From the NCBI GenBank assembly GCA_964544765.1, contig CAZJDM010000001.1, forward strand, positions 1,851 to 65,850: DNA of 64,000 nucleotides. The letters are read 5' to 3'. Positions 1 through 10,278 of the stretch are shown piece by piece. A model generated the notes under the pieces. The model saw only the letters and a list, made by a program, of their open reading frames with translations. It was not told the DNA's origin and ran no database searches. This DNA is from an uncultured bacterium. GTDB lineage: Bacteria; Bdellovibrionota_B; Oligoflexia; CAYFLR01. Within the stretch, counting starts at the first letter, position 1, and every line of letters begins with the position of its first letter. A program made the translations under genes and the position numbers.

Positions 1-480
1 AATTGCCCCCATTAATTTAAGCTCATCTCTTACTCCCACTTGCTTCATTTCGACCCTAATTCTTAAACGAGAAGCTAAATCTTTCACCAGTTCCCTAAAA
101 TCAACCCTACCATCGGCCGAAAAATAAAAAATAGCCGCGTTGCCAACAAAATTGTATTCCACATCTAACAATTTCATTTTGAGCTTCCGATGTTTAACTC
201 TCTCCAAACAATAATCGAAAGCTACTTTTCCCTTTTGAAGATTTTTTTCTAACTGTGATAAATCTTTTGAATGAGCTCTCCTGATGGTTTTCTTTAAACT
301 TTTATGCCTTTCTTCCGTAACAGCTTCTACCCTTAAATGTTGAACTGTTCCAAATCTTAGGCCCTTATCACTTTCGACGATTACCTTGTCTTTTACACAA
401 AGATCAAAACCCTCTGCATTATAATCCTGTAGTAGTTCAGGTCTAACAAATCCCACTTTAGCAATTTTTATTAACTTCAC
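1..480 (-). CDS. PSP1 C-terminal domain protein (YaaT/RicT-like), 3' part runs off the window edge
   Basis: Reverse-strand translation from a GTG at 480 gives VKLIKIAKVGFVRPELLQDYNAEGFDLCVKDKV...VEYNFVGNAAIFYFSADGRVDFRELVKDL, typical of the PSP1 domain. It lies immediately downstream of holB, as in the tmk-holB-yaaT arrangement of many bacteria. Not in the ORF track because it is truncated by the window. Confidence 0.5.
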   Translation of the reverse strand, partial: MKLIKIAKVGFVRPELLQDYNAEGFDLCVKDKVIVESDKGLRFGTVQHLRVEAVTEERHKSLKKTIRRAHSKDLSQLEKNLQKGKVAFDYCLERVKHRKLKMKLLDVEYNFVGNAAIFYFSADGRVDFRELVKDLASRLRIRVEMKQVGVRDELKLMGAI

Positions 481-1450
481 TTTTAGCTCCAAATCCAAAA
501 AGAAACCCTTCCCAAAACATTTGAGAGTTGGGATTTAAATGTAAATTTTTTTGAAAAAATTCTACTAATCTTATTTTCCTTCTAATATCAAAAAAAGACA
601 ATCTCTTTTGTAAAACTTTAATCAGATCCATTTCACTTAATAAAACAAATCTTTGACTACCTTCTGTCACCTTAGATACCAACAGGTCTCTTAATAAAAA
701 AACCAAAATTTCTAACGCTTCTTTAAGAGACACTTGCTTAGATACTGTATCCAATAACTGAAAAAACTCAGAAGAAAAGTTACTATCATTAGCATACTTA
801 ACCAGCCTCAAAACATCTTTCCGTTGTTCTATTTTTTCAGGTTCCAGCATCATTAAAGATTTTTTTACACTACCTCGAGCAAATTTTACCGCACTCTGGA
901 TTTCAATAGCAGAACGACCCGCAAATAAATTGTTTAAAATCAGGAATAGGTTTTCATCAGATAAAGAAGAAAACCTTATTTTTACACATCGGGACCTAAT
1001 GGTCGGTAAAATTTGATGGGTTTGGTGCCCTATCAAGATAAATACGTTCTCCAAAGTCGGCTCTTCTAGTGTTTTCAACAAAGCATTGCCCGCTAAACGA
1101 TTCATATTTTCTACGTCATTAATTATTATTACTCGCTTCTTTCCCAAAACCGTTCCAACTCTGGTAAGCTCAAAAATACTACGAATTGTTGCCAACTTAA
1201 TCATTTTTTGATCTTCAAAAATTTTTACGTCCGGATATAAATTATTATCAATCTGCAGACAAGCCTTACATTTTCCACAACAATCCTCTCCCTTTGATCT
1301 TGAAGTACAATTAAGCAATTTAGCAAAATATAACGCCGTTTTTAACTTCCCAATTCCTTCAATACCTGAAAACATATATGCATTTGATACCTTTTCAGTA
1401 TCAACAACTTGTTTAAGTGCGTTTATTTGGTTTTCATGGCCTATTATCAA
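458..1450 (-). CDS. holB: DNA polymerase III delta-prime subunit (clamp loader)
   Basis: 330 aa. N-terminal AAA+ region, a CxxC zinc module (CCGKCKAC) and the clamp-loader TIRSRC sensor motif. Adjacent to tmk. Confidence 0.75.
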   Translation of the reverse strand: MIIGHENQINALKQVVDTEKVSNAYMFSGIEGIGKLKTALYFAKLLNCTSRSKGEDCCGKCKACLQIDNNLYPDVKIFEDQKMIKLATIRSIFELTRVGTVLGKKRVIIINDVENMNRLAGNALLKTLEEPTLENVFILIGHQTHQILPTIRSRCVKIRFSSLSDENLFLILNNLFAGRSAIEIQSAVKFARGSVKKSLMMLEPEKIEQRKDVLRLVKYANDSNFSSEFFQLLDTVSKQVSLKEALEILVFLLRDLLVSKVTEGSQRFVLLSEMDLIKVLQKRLSFFDIRRKIRLVEFFQKNLHLNPNSQMFWEGFLFGFGAKSEVNKNC

Positions 1451-2078
1451 AAGAAATCCTTTCTTTCACTCCCTTAATTACTATTTTGCTTATGTCCACT
1501 TCTGAAGCCTCTGTTGTATTTACCACGACAAAACGCTCTGAATTTTCCTTAGCTCTTTTTAAAAAGCCTTCCCTAACTTGATCATGGAACCGGGTTGATT
1601 CTTGATCTATCCGAGATTTAGCTTTTTTTCTATCACACACTCGGTCCAACGCAACTTTTACATCACAGTCAAATAAGAAAGTCAAATCAGGAACCACCTG
1701 AGCACAAACTAACTTATCCATTTCAATTAAATGTTTCTTATCTATCCCCCTTACATAACCCTGATAGACCCAGCTTGAATCGTAAAACCGATCTGATAAA
1801 ACAAATTTGTTGGCAATTAATGCTGGTTTAATTAAATTTTCAACATGCTGTCTTCTAGCAGCATATACCAATAACAACTCAGTTATTGCATCCATCGTTT
1901 CTGTTGGCAAATTATTAAAAATAGACCGTATTTCTTCAGCTATAGGAGTTCCACCAGGTTCTCTGGTTAAAACAGTCGGTATATTTCTAGAGGTTAACCA
2001 ATTATTTAATATTTCTATTTGAGTAGATTTACCCGTCCCTTCGCCACCTTCAAAAGTAATAAACATATAAAAACCCAC
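1434..2078 (-). CDS. tmk: thymidylate kinase
   Basis: P-loop FEGGEGTGKST. The dTMP kinase fold is recognisable through RFYDSS and the DRxxDR-like lid. The likely true start is the internal M of MFITFEGG. Confidence 0.8.
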   Translation of the reverse strand: MGFYMFITFEGGEGTGKSTQIEILNNWLTSRNIPTVLTREPGGTPIAEEIRSIFNNLPTETMDAITELLLVYAARRQHVENLIKPALIANKFVLSDRFYDSSWVYQGYVRGIDKKHLIEMDKLVCAQVVPDLTFLFDCDVKVALDRVCDRKKAKSRIDQESTRFHDQVREGFLKRAKENSERFVVVNTTEASEVDISKIVIKGVKERISFDNRP

Positions 2079-2213
2079 TTATTGACTAGACTATTATGTA
2101 TACTACATGTAAATACATGTAAATATAAACCAAGGCTCTCTTGGTTATGATCTATTGAAAACACAAAGCTGTATTGGTCTCAACCATAATCATATAAAAA
2201 GGATCAATTAATT

Positions 2214-2981
2214 GTGATCAAAACCCCTAACATACTGGATTTATACAACAAAAATATTATCTTCATTGCTGATACTCATTTAAAATCCTCAGAATCCTCA
2301 ACAATTGCCAAATTAAAATCCTCTTTACTACAAACAGATGCCAAGTACAATGTAGTCTGTTTTTTGGGAGATATTTTTGAGTTGTGGTTAGGACATAATT
2401 CTTATTTTATTAAACATTATTCATCATTTATAGATTTATGTCGTCAACTAATAGATAGAGGTATTGAGATTATTTTTATTGAAGGAAACCATGAATACAA
2501 CACTAAACAATTTTTCTCTTCCTATCTAGGAATAAGCTGCTGGCGAGGGCCTTTAAAGATCAGGCTAAATAACAAATCAGTCCTATTAACACATGGAGAT
2601 AGACTATTAAACCAAGGATATCTCTATAATTTATTTCAATTTCTAACTAAAAACCACTATTTTACCAAAATTATAAGCTATCTATTTCCCTCCAAAACAG
2701 CTTTATTGATTGGTATGGGTATCGCTAAACTGAGCAGAAAAAAATCATCATGCAAATCGGTTGATTATTATTTCGAAAACCTAAAAAAAATCATCGCCAA
2801 TTATTCAGAAGATATTTTAATCTTTGGTCATTTTCATAAAAACAAACATTTAGTCTCTAATTTAAGCATCCCAAAGAAAGAAGCCTATTGTGTCTATTCA
2901 GGCAGAAAAGACACTGAATCCTTTCAATACTTATATTATGATTATATTTTAGAAAGGTTTTCCTTTGTTAAACATGAGTAA
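2214..2981 (+). CDS. LpxH-like metallophosphoesterase (UDP-2,3-diacylglucosamine diphosphatase family)
   Basis: FIADTHL, GDIFELWLG and GNHE motifs match the calcineurin-like phosphoesterase / LpxH signature. Confidence 0.5.
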   Translation: MIKTPNILDLYNKNIIFIADTHLKSSESSTIAKLKSSLLQTDAKYNVVCFLGDIFELWLGHNSYFIKHYSSFIDLCRQLIDRGIEIIFIEGNHEYNTKQFFSSYLGISCWRGPLKIRLNNKSVLLTHGDRLLNQGYLYNLFQFLTKNHYFTKIISYLFPSKTALLIGMGIAKLSRKKSSCKSVDYYFENLKKIIANYSEDILIFGHFHKNKHLVSNLSIPKKEAYCVYSGRKDTESFQYLYYDYILERFSFVKHE

Positions 2982-3001
2982 TCCTGTTCATGAATGGTCT
3001 A

Positions 3002-4222
3002 CTAAAAACTATATCCCAAAGACACTCCAATATTTGAATACTTCAAAGATGAAACATACTGACTACCCGAAGCCACTGCCATATATTTGGTCCATTCATA
3101 TTTTGCCAATAGGTGTATACTTCTAAATTCCGCTCCTAACGAGGCAAACCATGTCAACATATGAAAAGAATCATAATTTAGCTTAACATTTCTATCATCT
3201 ACCAATACTGAGTCAGGTAAAACTTTCCCGTTACTTTGTAAGGGCACTCCTCCTCCCAATCGAAACCATAACACTTTATACAATTTCATATGCTCCTCAA
3301 GCTTCAAAGTCAAAAATTGAAACCCTAGTGATCGAATATCCCCATCTCCATCCAAGATATTAAAAGAATGAAAATTAACTAAATCGAGCTTTAATAAAGA
3401 TTCTATGTATAAATTAGGACTAAAGGTAATGGGAATTCTAAAGTTTAATCCACTCTCAACCCAATCAGTAATGGCCGCCTCGGATATGCCTTCATTGGTT
3501 TCAGCACTTTCACTATGAGGTGTTAAGGTATAATTATTATAAATCCTATAATAGGAAATAGAAAAACCCAAAACTTCCCAAATAAACTTTCTAGTAAAAA
3601 AAGACAAGGGATATAAAACAGATGATATTCCATACCGAAATACTGAATTTGATTTAATATCCTGATCATATCTCTGAACTATATTACTGGAAGGATCTCC
3701 GCCTGTCATCTCTGGCATAACTATATTGATCCTATTAGCAACCAATCGAGACATAGAGCTATCCATAAAAAAAAGAGCTCTGGGAGCCTCAGATTTTATT
3801 TTAGGAATGTAGGCTCGTTCCACCATTGCTCCGAAAACAGCAACCGCAGATTTTAAAATACCAGGTCTTTTTCTGATATATTTTCTATTTGTTAGTTTTG
3901 AAATATTAGCAATGCTGTGTTGAGGAAAAACCTTCTTTACAATCAATATAGCCAATCTTACGCGACGTCCTGCGTCAAATCCCTTTCTATCATACAACAA
4001 AACTCTCTCCCCGACCATCATACCATCATCGCTTCCAAGAGATACGTAGTAACTTTTCCCTCTAACTTTAATTATTTTACCAACTGCCGCATATAGATTA
4101 CCGGTTTTATTTAGGACCAAAAATAAAAAGAAAGAATAAAACAAAATCTTCCATATTAAAGGTTTAATCATACTCAACACCCTTTTACTGATTAATCCAT
4201 ATTTAATTAACCCGATGTGCAA
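3002..4222 (-). CDS. putative outer-membrane beta-barrel protein with an N-terminal periplasmic domain (paralog of the 4271..6079 product)
   Basis: N-terminal hydrophobic segment. A soluble domain (GKIIKVRGKSYYVSLGSDDGMMVGERVLLY) similar to the middle domain of the upstream gene. The C-terminal region ends in the aromatic terminal signature ...SLGYSF, typical of OM barrels. Confidence 0.45.
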   Translation of the reverse strand: MHIGLIKYGLISKRVLSMIKPLIWKILFYSFFLFLVLNKTGNLYAAVGKIIKVRGKSYYVSLGSDDGMMVGERVLLYDRKGFDAGRRVRLAILIVKKVFPQHSIANISKLTNRKYIRKRPGILKSAVAVFGAMVERAYIPKIKSEAPRALFFMDSSMSRLVANRINIVMPEMTGGDPSSNIVQRYDQDIKSNSVFRYGISSVLYPLSFFTRKFIWEVLGFSISYYRIYNNYTLTPHSESAETNEGISEAAITDWVESGLNFRIPITFSPNLYIESLLKLDLVNFHSFNILDGDGDIRSLGFQFLTLKLEEHMKLYKVLWFRLGGGVPLQSNGKVLPDSVLVDDRNVKLNYDSFHMLTWFASLGAEFRSIHLLAKYEWTKYMAVASGSQYVSSLKYSNIGVSLGYSF

Positions 4223-4270
4223 GTTTCACTTACACCCCGCTGTTTAAGCGTTGAATTATAATTTATCTAC

Positions 4271-6079
4271 TCAAAATGAATAGGATATACCTAAATGAAT
4301 CAAAACCATTTGCTCATATATTGATACATTGGTCATATTTAACTGGGTATTACCTGGAAAAAGATAATCGTAAATAGTCCATTCCGCACCTACTTTTAGA
4401 TCCAACACACTCTTATATTTACTCAATACCCCTAAATAATACTTTGAATAACTTGACCCATCTGAACTAAAATCGCCATATAATTTATCTGTCGCGTTCC
4501 AGAGAACTTTTTTATTAATAGCTGCTATAATGCCTAAATCATCTAATCCGGCAAACAACCTCACGTAAAGAGGTATTTGAATTCCACAACCTATATCCAA
4601 TGACATAAGTTCTCTACTAGAAACTTGTTTCGCATTATTTATATGAACACTCTCAGACGACTTGGCCTTCGATTCTACACTTTCTAAAAAAACCCCCACC
4701 TTAGGAACTATTTCAAGACCCCTACCTCCCCCAAATAAATCTAAATTGAAGATAGATTCTCCCCATATACCCATACTTTGGTAGCCAACTGATACATCGG
4801 TAGATACAGAAGGATTTTTTTTCTCCAACTTCACTGAAGATTTACCATATGAATAATCCGCTCCAATCCGAACATTAGGTAAAATATCATAATAGCCATT
4901 TATCTTAAAGAAATCCAAAAAGGCATAAGGGGATGATATTACAGCTTTATATTTACTAGATTTAATCTGGAAAAAATACAAAAATGGACCCACACTGGCT
5001 CCAATATTTATTTTTCTACTACTTGTTGGATAGGAAACTTCTTTCTCTGCTGTTATTCTAGAGTCTACCCGACTTATCCCAATCGGATGCTCTCGACTAG
5101 GAGCGATCTTAGCATGACTTCCAGTTTCTTCTGAAGGAAATTTGTCTTTCTTTTTTTGGATATATTCTCTTTCTTTTGGTTTTGGTTGTGATTTTGGTAA
5201 AAAATCTCCCCTTCTTTCAACATTACTTAAGTCCTTAGGAGAGCTTAAATCTCTTTTTAATTTTTCTCGAGTAATCTTTTTATCAAAATATTTTTGAAAA
5301 TCCAATCCATGCAATAATACCTTATCACCCACTTGGATTTTTTTCCCCTCATCTAAAGAAATAACAACACCTAACGACACCTCATCTTTAAGATCAACTA
5401 ACTTTACCGTACCTAATTCGATTTTCTGTACATCCATTAATTCACCCATACTAGGGCTTCTGATAGCATCCTCAATCCGTACTAATTTTAAGAAATCTCC
5501 CTTTTTCAATCTTAAAGTAGAACCCGCATCAATAGTAATAAACTTTCCATTAACACTTGTAACAGAGGCCTGATATGGTAATAAATTCAAAATTCTATAA
5601 TACAAATCCTTAACCATAAGCTCTACATCATACTTTAATTTCCCCTTATCTTCCGACAAAGTGAGTAATTCATTTTCAAAAGCAACTGTTCGCCCATTAC
5701 GGGCATCAACCAAACGTAAAGCAACAACGATCCTTCCATCATTTAATAAAGCACTGTCCAAGATAAATAAGGCATCAATGTCATAATTTTGGATCAGATG
5801 CTTTAATGTCTCATTATCAAGAGATACCTTTTTACTTTTGATAGATTTAACGTAAGAAGACACTACCTCTTTAGACACCAAACGAAACCTCTGTGACAAT
5901 AATATTTGTGCATTTAAAGCATCAAACAACATCTTTTTAACTTTTAAGGGAACCTCTAACCTTGGATTATTAATCGAAGCCACTATTTTATAAGTTCCAA
6001 TCGCTTTTATTACTGATGATTGAGTCAAAAGGAAAATAACTAAAATTAAAGTGTAACAAATCTTAACTAGCTTTTTCAT
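4271..6079 (-). CDS. putative secreted multi-domain outer-membrane protein with a CsgG/FlgO/TolB-N-like domain
   Basis: Signal peptide MKKLVKICYTLILVIFLLTQSSVIKA. The N-domain pattern YKIVASINNP...LFDALNAQILLSQRFRLVSKE...IDALFILDSALLNDGRIVVALRLVDARNGRTV matches the CsgG/FlgO-type lipoprotein ring fold. It is followed by a small beta-rich domain, a K/P/E-rich linker, and a C-terminal barrel ending ...LGISYSF. Confidence 0.45.
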   Translation of the reverse strand: MKKLVKICYTLILVIFLLTQSSVIKAIGTYKIVASINNPRLEVPLKVKKMLFDALNAQILLSQRFRLVSKEVVSSYVKSIKSKKVSLDNETLKHLIQNYDIDALFILDSALLNDGRIVVALRLVDARNGRTVAFENELLTLSEDKGKLKYDVELMVKDLYYRILNLLPYQASVTSVNGKFITIDAGSTLRLKKGDFLKLVRIEDAIRSPSMGELMDVQKIELGTVKLVDLKDEVSLGVVISLDEGKKIQVGDKVLLHGLDFQKYFDKKITREKLKRDLSSPKDLSNVERRGDFLPKSQPKPKEREYIQKKKDKFPSEETGSHAKIAPSREHPIGISRVDSRITAEKEVSYPTSSRKINIGASVGPFLYFFQIKSSKYKAVISSPYAFLDFFKINGYYDILPNVRIGADYSYGKSSVKLEKKNPSVSTDVSVGYQSMGIWGESIFNLDLFGGGRGLEIVPKVGVFLESVESKAKSSESVHINNAKQVSSRELMSLDIGCGIQIPLYVRLFAGLDDLGIIAAINKKVLWNATDKLYGDFSSDGSSYSKYYLGVLSKYKSVLDLKVGAEWTIYDYLFPGNTQLNMTNVSIYEQMVLIHLGISYSF

Positions 6080-6548
6080 AATGAAACTCTATGTTATTAC
6101 ATAATAAATAATTAACTTAATACTTTATTTTTTATTATTATAAAAACTTGTTATAGGTATCTCAAATTGCTCTTGAACAATAGAACTAGCAGATAGAAAT
6201 ACTTCAGATACTTTATTGGAAAATAAGTCTATTTGATCAATAGAAAGCACATGGTGATGAAAATAAGACAATATTCTCTTATCATGAACCTTTACAGAAC
6301 ATAAAACCATTACAATAAAAATGATACTTCCCAAAGAAAGGATCTTTTGAATAAGTCCAAAAACTAACCCAACCATAATTTTCCTTTCTTCTCCCGATTA
6401 ACAAGGATTAGAACAGTTAATGATTAATATCTGCATAAAAAAACACCATTTAGCCTGATTATTAATATTATGAAGGGTTTTGGCAATATTTGCAATCTTA
6501 AATTATTTTTAGCCACTACCAGTGCATGATTTTCCAGGAAGTTGTTGG

Positions 6549-8960
6549 TTATACGACTCTTTTCGATTTATAATCGTTTTTAACTTGCTGGGCCTTGTCT
6601 AAAAAATGACCCTTAAACACTCCATTATAACCAACCAGACATTCTCTAAATATCTGCTCTATACTATCGACAAAAACGATCCTAACCAATTTCATTATTT
6701 CCTTTTCAATTTTTTCTATATCTTTTTTGTTTTTTGCGGGAAGAATCACTGTTTTTATACCGTACCTCAACGCAGCTAAAATCTTTTCTTTCACCCCTCC
6801 TATTGGCAGAATTCGCCCATGTAGAGTAATTTCCCCTGTCATAGCAATATCTGCTCTAATCGGAAGTCCTGTTAGAGCCGAAACCAAGGAAATACACATA
6901 GATACCCCCGCAGAGGGTCCATCTTTTGGAATTGCAGCAGCGGGAACATGTACATGAAAATCACCATTGTAGAAAATGTTTTCATCTAATTCCATACCAT
7001 GTGCTTTAGAACGTACATAACTTAGAGCTGTCAAAATAGATTCCTTCATTACATCGCCCAAGTGTCCGGTCAGCTCTATTTTACCCTTTCCCTTCATTAC
7101 TTTACTTTCAATATATATTACATCACCACCAATTTTTGTCCAAGCAAGTCCCGTTACCACACCCACCTTAGCTTTCTGAGTGTCTCTCATGTCCATCTCA
7201 TATTGATATGGACCTAATAATTCCCGAGCATCCTTAATCTTTAAGGTCCTCTTAAAAGACTCGCCGCTAACATGTTTTCTGGCAATTTTACGAAATAAAG
7301 AGGCAATTCTTTGTTCCAAACCTCTTAATCCTGTTTCTAAAGTATAATGTCTTATTGTAGTTAAAATGGCTTCTCTGGATAAAGTAACAGGTACATCTTG
7401 CAATCCACACAACTTCAGTTGTTTCGGCAACAAATATTTAATGGCAATTTCTACTTTTTCAATTTCCGAATAACCTGATAACTCCAAGATCTCCATCCTA
7501 TCTCTTAATGGAGCTGGAATATCCTCTAAAGAATTAGCGTTGGCCAAAAACAACACGTTGGATAAATCCACTTCCAAGTTTATATAGTTATCCATAAAAG
7601 AATTATTTTGTTCTGGATCTAACACTTCTAATAAAGATGAGGTTGGATCTCCTCTATAATCAGAAGCAAGTTTGTCAATTTCATCCAGCATAATAACCGG
7701 ATTCATGGTCTTTGCCCTTTTTAATGACTGAATTATTCGCCCAGGCATAGATCCTATGTAAGTACGTCTATGTCCACGAATTTCAGCGTCATCTTTTATT
7801 CCTCCTAAGGCAATTCTTTCAAATTTCCTACCCATTGCACGTGCAATTGACTTACCTAAAGAAGTTTTACCTACTCCTGGTGCCCCAACCAAACATAAAA
7901 TAGGTCCTTTTAATGAATTAGTGAGCTTTTTAACCGCTAAAAACTCAATAATTCGTTCTTTCACATTCAAAATGCCATAATGATCCTCATCTAATACTTC
8001 TGACACCCGCTTTAGTTCAATATTATCCTGGCTCTTTTTATCCCAAGGGATATCTATAAGCCACTCAGTGTAATTTCTCACAACTGTATATTCTGCAGCA
8101 TCTTGAGGAATTCTGGATAATTTGGCAAACTGATTATTAATTTCCTTTTTTACATAGGGGGGAAGATTAATTCCCTCAACTCTTTTACGCAAGCTTTCTA
8201 AATCATCTTCAGGTATACCTGACTCACCTAGCTCTCCACGAATGATCCGCATTTGTTCCCGAAGAAAATATTCTCTTTGACTATTGGACATTTCATCTTT
8301 TACTTTGTTCTGTATATCTAGTTGTAAATGAAGAATTTCAATCTCGTTTGCTAACAACTTATCAATACGTAAAAGACGCTGATACGAATCATTACTTGTC
8401 AATAGAGCCTGAGCCTCTTCAATTTCAAAGCCCATATGAGAAGCGATAATATCTGAAAGCCTTCCTGGATCTGAAACATCTTCGATTATCATCATCATAT
8501 CTGGAGATATGAATCTACCCAGTGATATTAACGTTTCTAGCTTATCTCTAACACCCTTCATAAGAGACTTAATAACTGTCTTATCTTGTGAGGATTGGAC
8601 ATCTATAATAGGTTCAAAAAATACATGTGGTATATGTTCATCTACAACAGATATTATAATTCCTTTGGCCAAACCTTGTAATAAAACTTTAGTTCGTCCA
8701 TCGGGCATTTGCACGGTTCGTACAACTGAAACAATAGACCCTGATGGATAATAGGATGAAGATTCTCCCATTTCTCTATTAACACCTATAAATAGAAGTT
8801 TATTTTGAGAAAGGGCATAATTTAATATTTCAGTTTGAAACTCGTCTGATAAAAAAATGGGTATAACTATATTGGGATAGACAATTACTTCATCCAAAAC
8901 TAAAAAAGGTAATTTATTACCTAATTCTTCAAAAGAAGAATTCACAACGACTCCAATCAA
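6549..8960 (-). CDS. lon: ATP-dependent Lon protease
   Basis: 803 aa. LON N-domain, Walker A GPPGVGKTS, and a protease domain with catalytic PKDGPSAG. Confidence 0.9.
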   Translation of the reverse strand: MIGVVVNSSFEELGNKLPFLVLDEVIVYPNIVIPIFLSDEFQTEILNYALSQNKLLFIGVNREMGESSSYYPSGSIVSVVRTVQMPDGRTKVLLQGLAKGIIISVVDEHIPHVFFEPIIDVQSSQDKTVIKSLMKGVRDKLETLISLGRFISPDMMMIIEDVSDPGRLSDIIASHMGFEIEEAQALLTSNDSYQRLLRIDKLLANEIEILHLQLDIQNKVKDEMSNSQREYFLREQMRIIRGELGESGIPEDDLESLRKRVEGINLPPYVKKEINNQFAKLSRIPQDAAEYTVVRNYTEWLIDIPWDKKSQDNIELKRVSEVLDEDHYGILNVKERIIEFLAVKKLTNSLKGPILCLVGAPGVGKTSLGKSIARAMGRKFERIALGGIKDDAEIRGHRRTYIGSMPGRIIQSLKRAKTMNPVIMLDEIDKLASDYRGDPTSSLLEVLDPEQNNSFMDNYINLEVDLSNVLFLANANSLEDIPAPLRDRMEILELSGYSEIEKVEIAIKYLLPKQLKLCGLQDVPVTLSREAILTTIRHYTLETGLRGLEQRIASLFRKIARKHVSGESFKRTLKIKDARELLGPYQYEMDMRDTQKAKVGVVTGLAWTKIGGDVIYIESKVMKGKGKIELTGHLGDVMKESILTALSYVRSKAHGMELDENIFYNGDFHVHVPAAAIPKDGPSAGVSMCISLVSALTGLPIRADIAMTGEITLHGRILPIGGVKEKILAALRYGIKTVILPAKNKKDIEKIEKEIMKLVRIVFVDSIEQIFRECLVGYNGVFKGHFLDKAQQVKNDYKSKRVV

Positions 8961-9131
8961 AAACTTTAGTCCATCTTAGCTGTCTATAAGCCGCTATTTT
9001 TGTATCTAAAGATGAGTCGGTTACTGGTAAGAAAACTTAAATTATTGAATAGAGTATATTCTTTAAAATAACAGAAAATCCCTTGAAATTTTTTATGATT
9101 ATACTTTGTTAAGTCTAATGCTAAATATGGA

Positions 9132-9419
9132 TTATGAACCCCAAACAGGTCCTTCGTCTCCAAACATTTCCTTATCTTCTGGCTCTTCTTTTTCTCCAAA
9201 AACTTCTGGATTAATCTTATCATTATATTCAGCTCTAGTTTTAGGATTTCGCAATATTTGGTAAGCCTCTGTTATCTCTTTAAAAATCTCAGTAGTTTCA
9301 TCTGCAAGGTTGTGGTCAGGATGATATTTACGGGCCAATTGCAAATAGGTTTTACGAATCAGTTCATTACTAGCTTCACTGGTTAAACCTAATTTCTCAT
9401 ATAGGTTGTTGGGCATCAA
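9132..9419 (-). CDS. J-domain-only co-chaperone (DnaJ-like, 95 aa)
   Basis: YEKLGL...KTYLQLARKYHPDHN contains the HPD motif of a J domain. There is no G/F or zinc-finger region. Confidence 0.6.
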   Translation of the reverse strand: MMPNNLYEKLGLTSEASNELIRKTYLQLARKYHPDHNLADETTEIFKEITEAYQILRNPKTRAEYNDKINPEVFGEKEEPEDKEMFGDEGPVWGS

Positions 9420-9436
9420 TCTGCACTTTCTTTATT

Positions 9437-10261
9437 TTAATCTTTCTCTGAGCTTGATTTTTTTTTGGAGCTTTGTTCCTTTTGAGTCTCCTGATCCTCT
9501 TTTTTCTCAACCTCAACCTCATCAGTACCTGTATTGGAAGCAACTTTCACCATACTTGGTCTTAACAGTCTCTCATGAATCATAAATCCTTTTTGTAGAA
9601 CCTCCATTACCGTTTGATCTTCATATTCATCTGTATCGATTTGACTAATTGCCGCATGATACCTAGGATCAAATTTTGTATGTAAAGCATTAATTTCTGT
9701 AACACCGTGCTTTTTAAATACATCAGTAATAATTTTAAAATTCATCTCCACGCCCTCTCTAAATGACTCATATTCAGGGGAATCATCTTTAACACTTTGG
9801 TTCAAGGCCATACTAAAATTATCTGCCACAACTAAAAGATCTTTTATTAAGCTTTCATGACTATATTTGCGCCAATCTTCTTTTTCTTTTCTCATTCTTT
9901 TTCGTTGGTTATCAATATCTGCCATCGCCAGATAATATTTTTCATGTATATCATCACGCTCTTTCTGATGTGAGTCTATCTGTTTCTCCATATCCTCAAT
10001 TTGTTTTTTTAATATATCTACCTCTGATAGATCTTCCGATGGTTCTTTTGATAAATCCTTTTGCCCTTCTTCCAAGTTTACTTTCTCTCCAGATTCTTCT
10101 ATTTTTTTATCTTTCTTAGATTGTTCATCTGAAGTTTTAGAACTCCCTATTTCACTCGTTTTTGTTTTTTCATCAACATTTGATTTATTATTTTCCATAT
10201 ATTCACCATTTATAAAGTCATCGAATAAGCCACATGTGTTAATGTATTCATTCTGGATCAA
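9437..10261 (-). CDS. grpE: nucleotide exchange factor GrpE with a long K/E-rich N-terminal extension
   Basis: The C-terminal half shows GrpE dimerisation/beta-sheet motifs (LLVVADNFSMAL, FDPRYHAAIS). The N-terminal ~110 aa are low-complexity acidic/lysine sequence. Confidence 0.8.
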   Translation of the reverse strand: MIQNEYINTCGLFDDFINGEYMENNKSNVDEKTKTSEIGSSKTSDEQSKKDKKIEESGEKVNLEEGQKDLSKEPSEDLSEVDILKKQIEDMEKQIDSHQKERDDIHEKYYLAMADIDNQRKRMRKEKEDWRKYSHESLIKDLLVVADNFSMALNQSVKDDSPEYESFREGVEMNFKIITDVFKKHGVTEINALHTKFDPRYHAAISQIDTDEYEDQTVMEVLQKGFMIHERLLRPSMVKVASNTGTDEVEVEKKEDQETQKEQSSKKKSSSEKD

Positions 10262-10278
10262 TTGTCAAGATTATGGAT

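Noticed and set aside
1807-2022. Small ORFs nested antisense inside confident genes (for example 1807..2022, 6727..6957, 8509..8751, 12126..12353, 13881..14159, 16286..16855, 26613..27272, 27870..28363, 30481..31262, 36552..36791)
   Set aside because: They lie entirely within well-supported genes on the opposite strand or frame. They have low-complexity translations typical of AT-rich antisense frames.
6125-6376. 83-aa ORF downstream of lon
   Set aside because: No RBS or motif support. It may be a small membrane peptide, but the evidence is insufficient to call it.
6377-6548. tggcaatatttgcaa upstream of lon resembling a sigma-54 promoter
   Set aside because: GG-to-GC spacing is 8 nt rather than 10. 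It is also on the strand opposite to lon.
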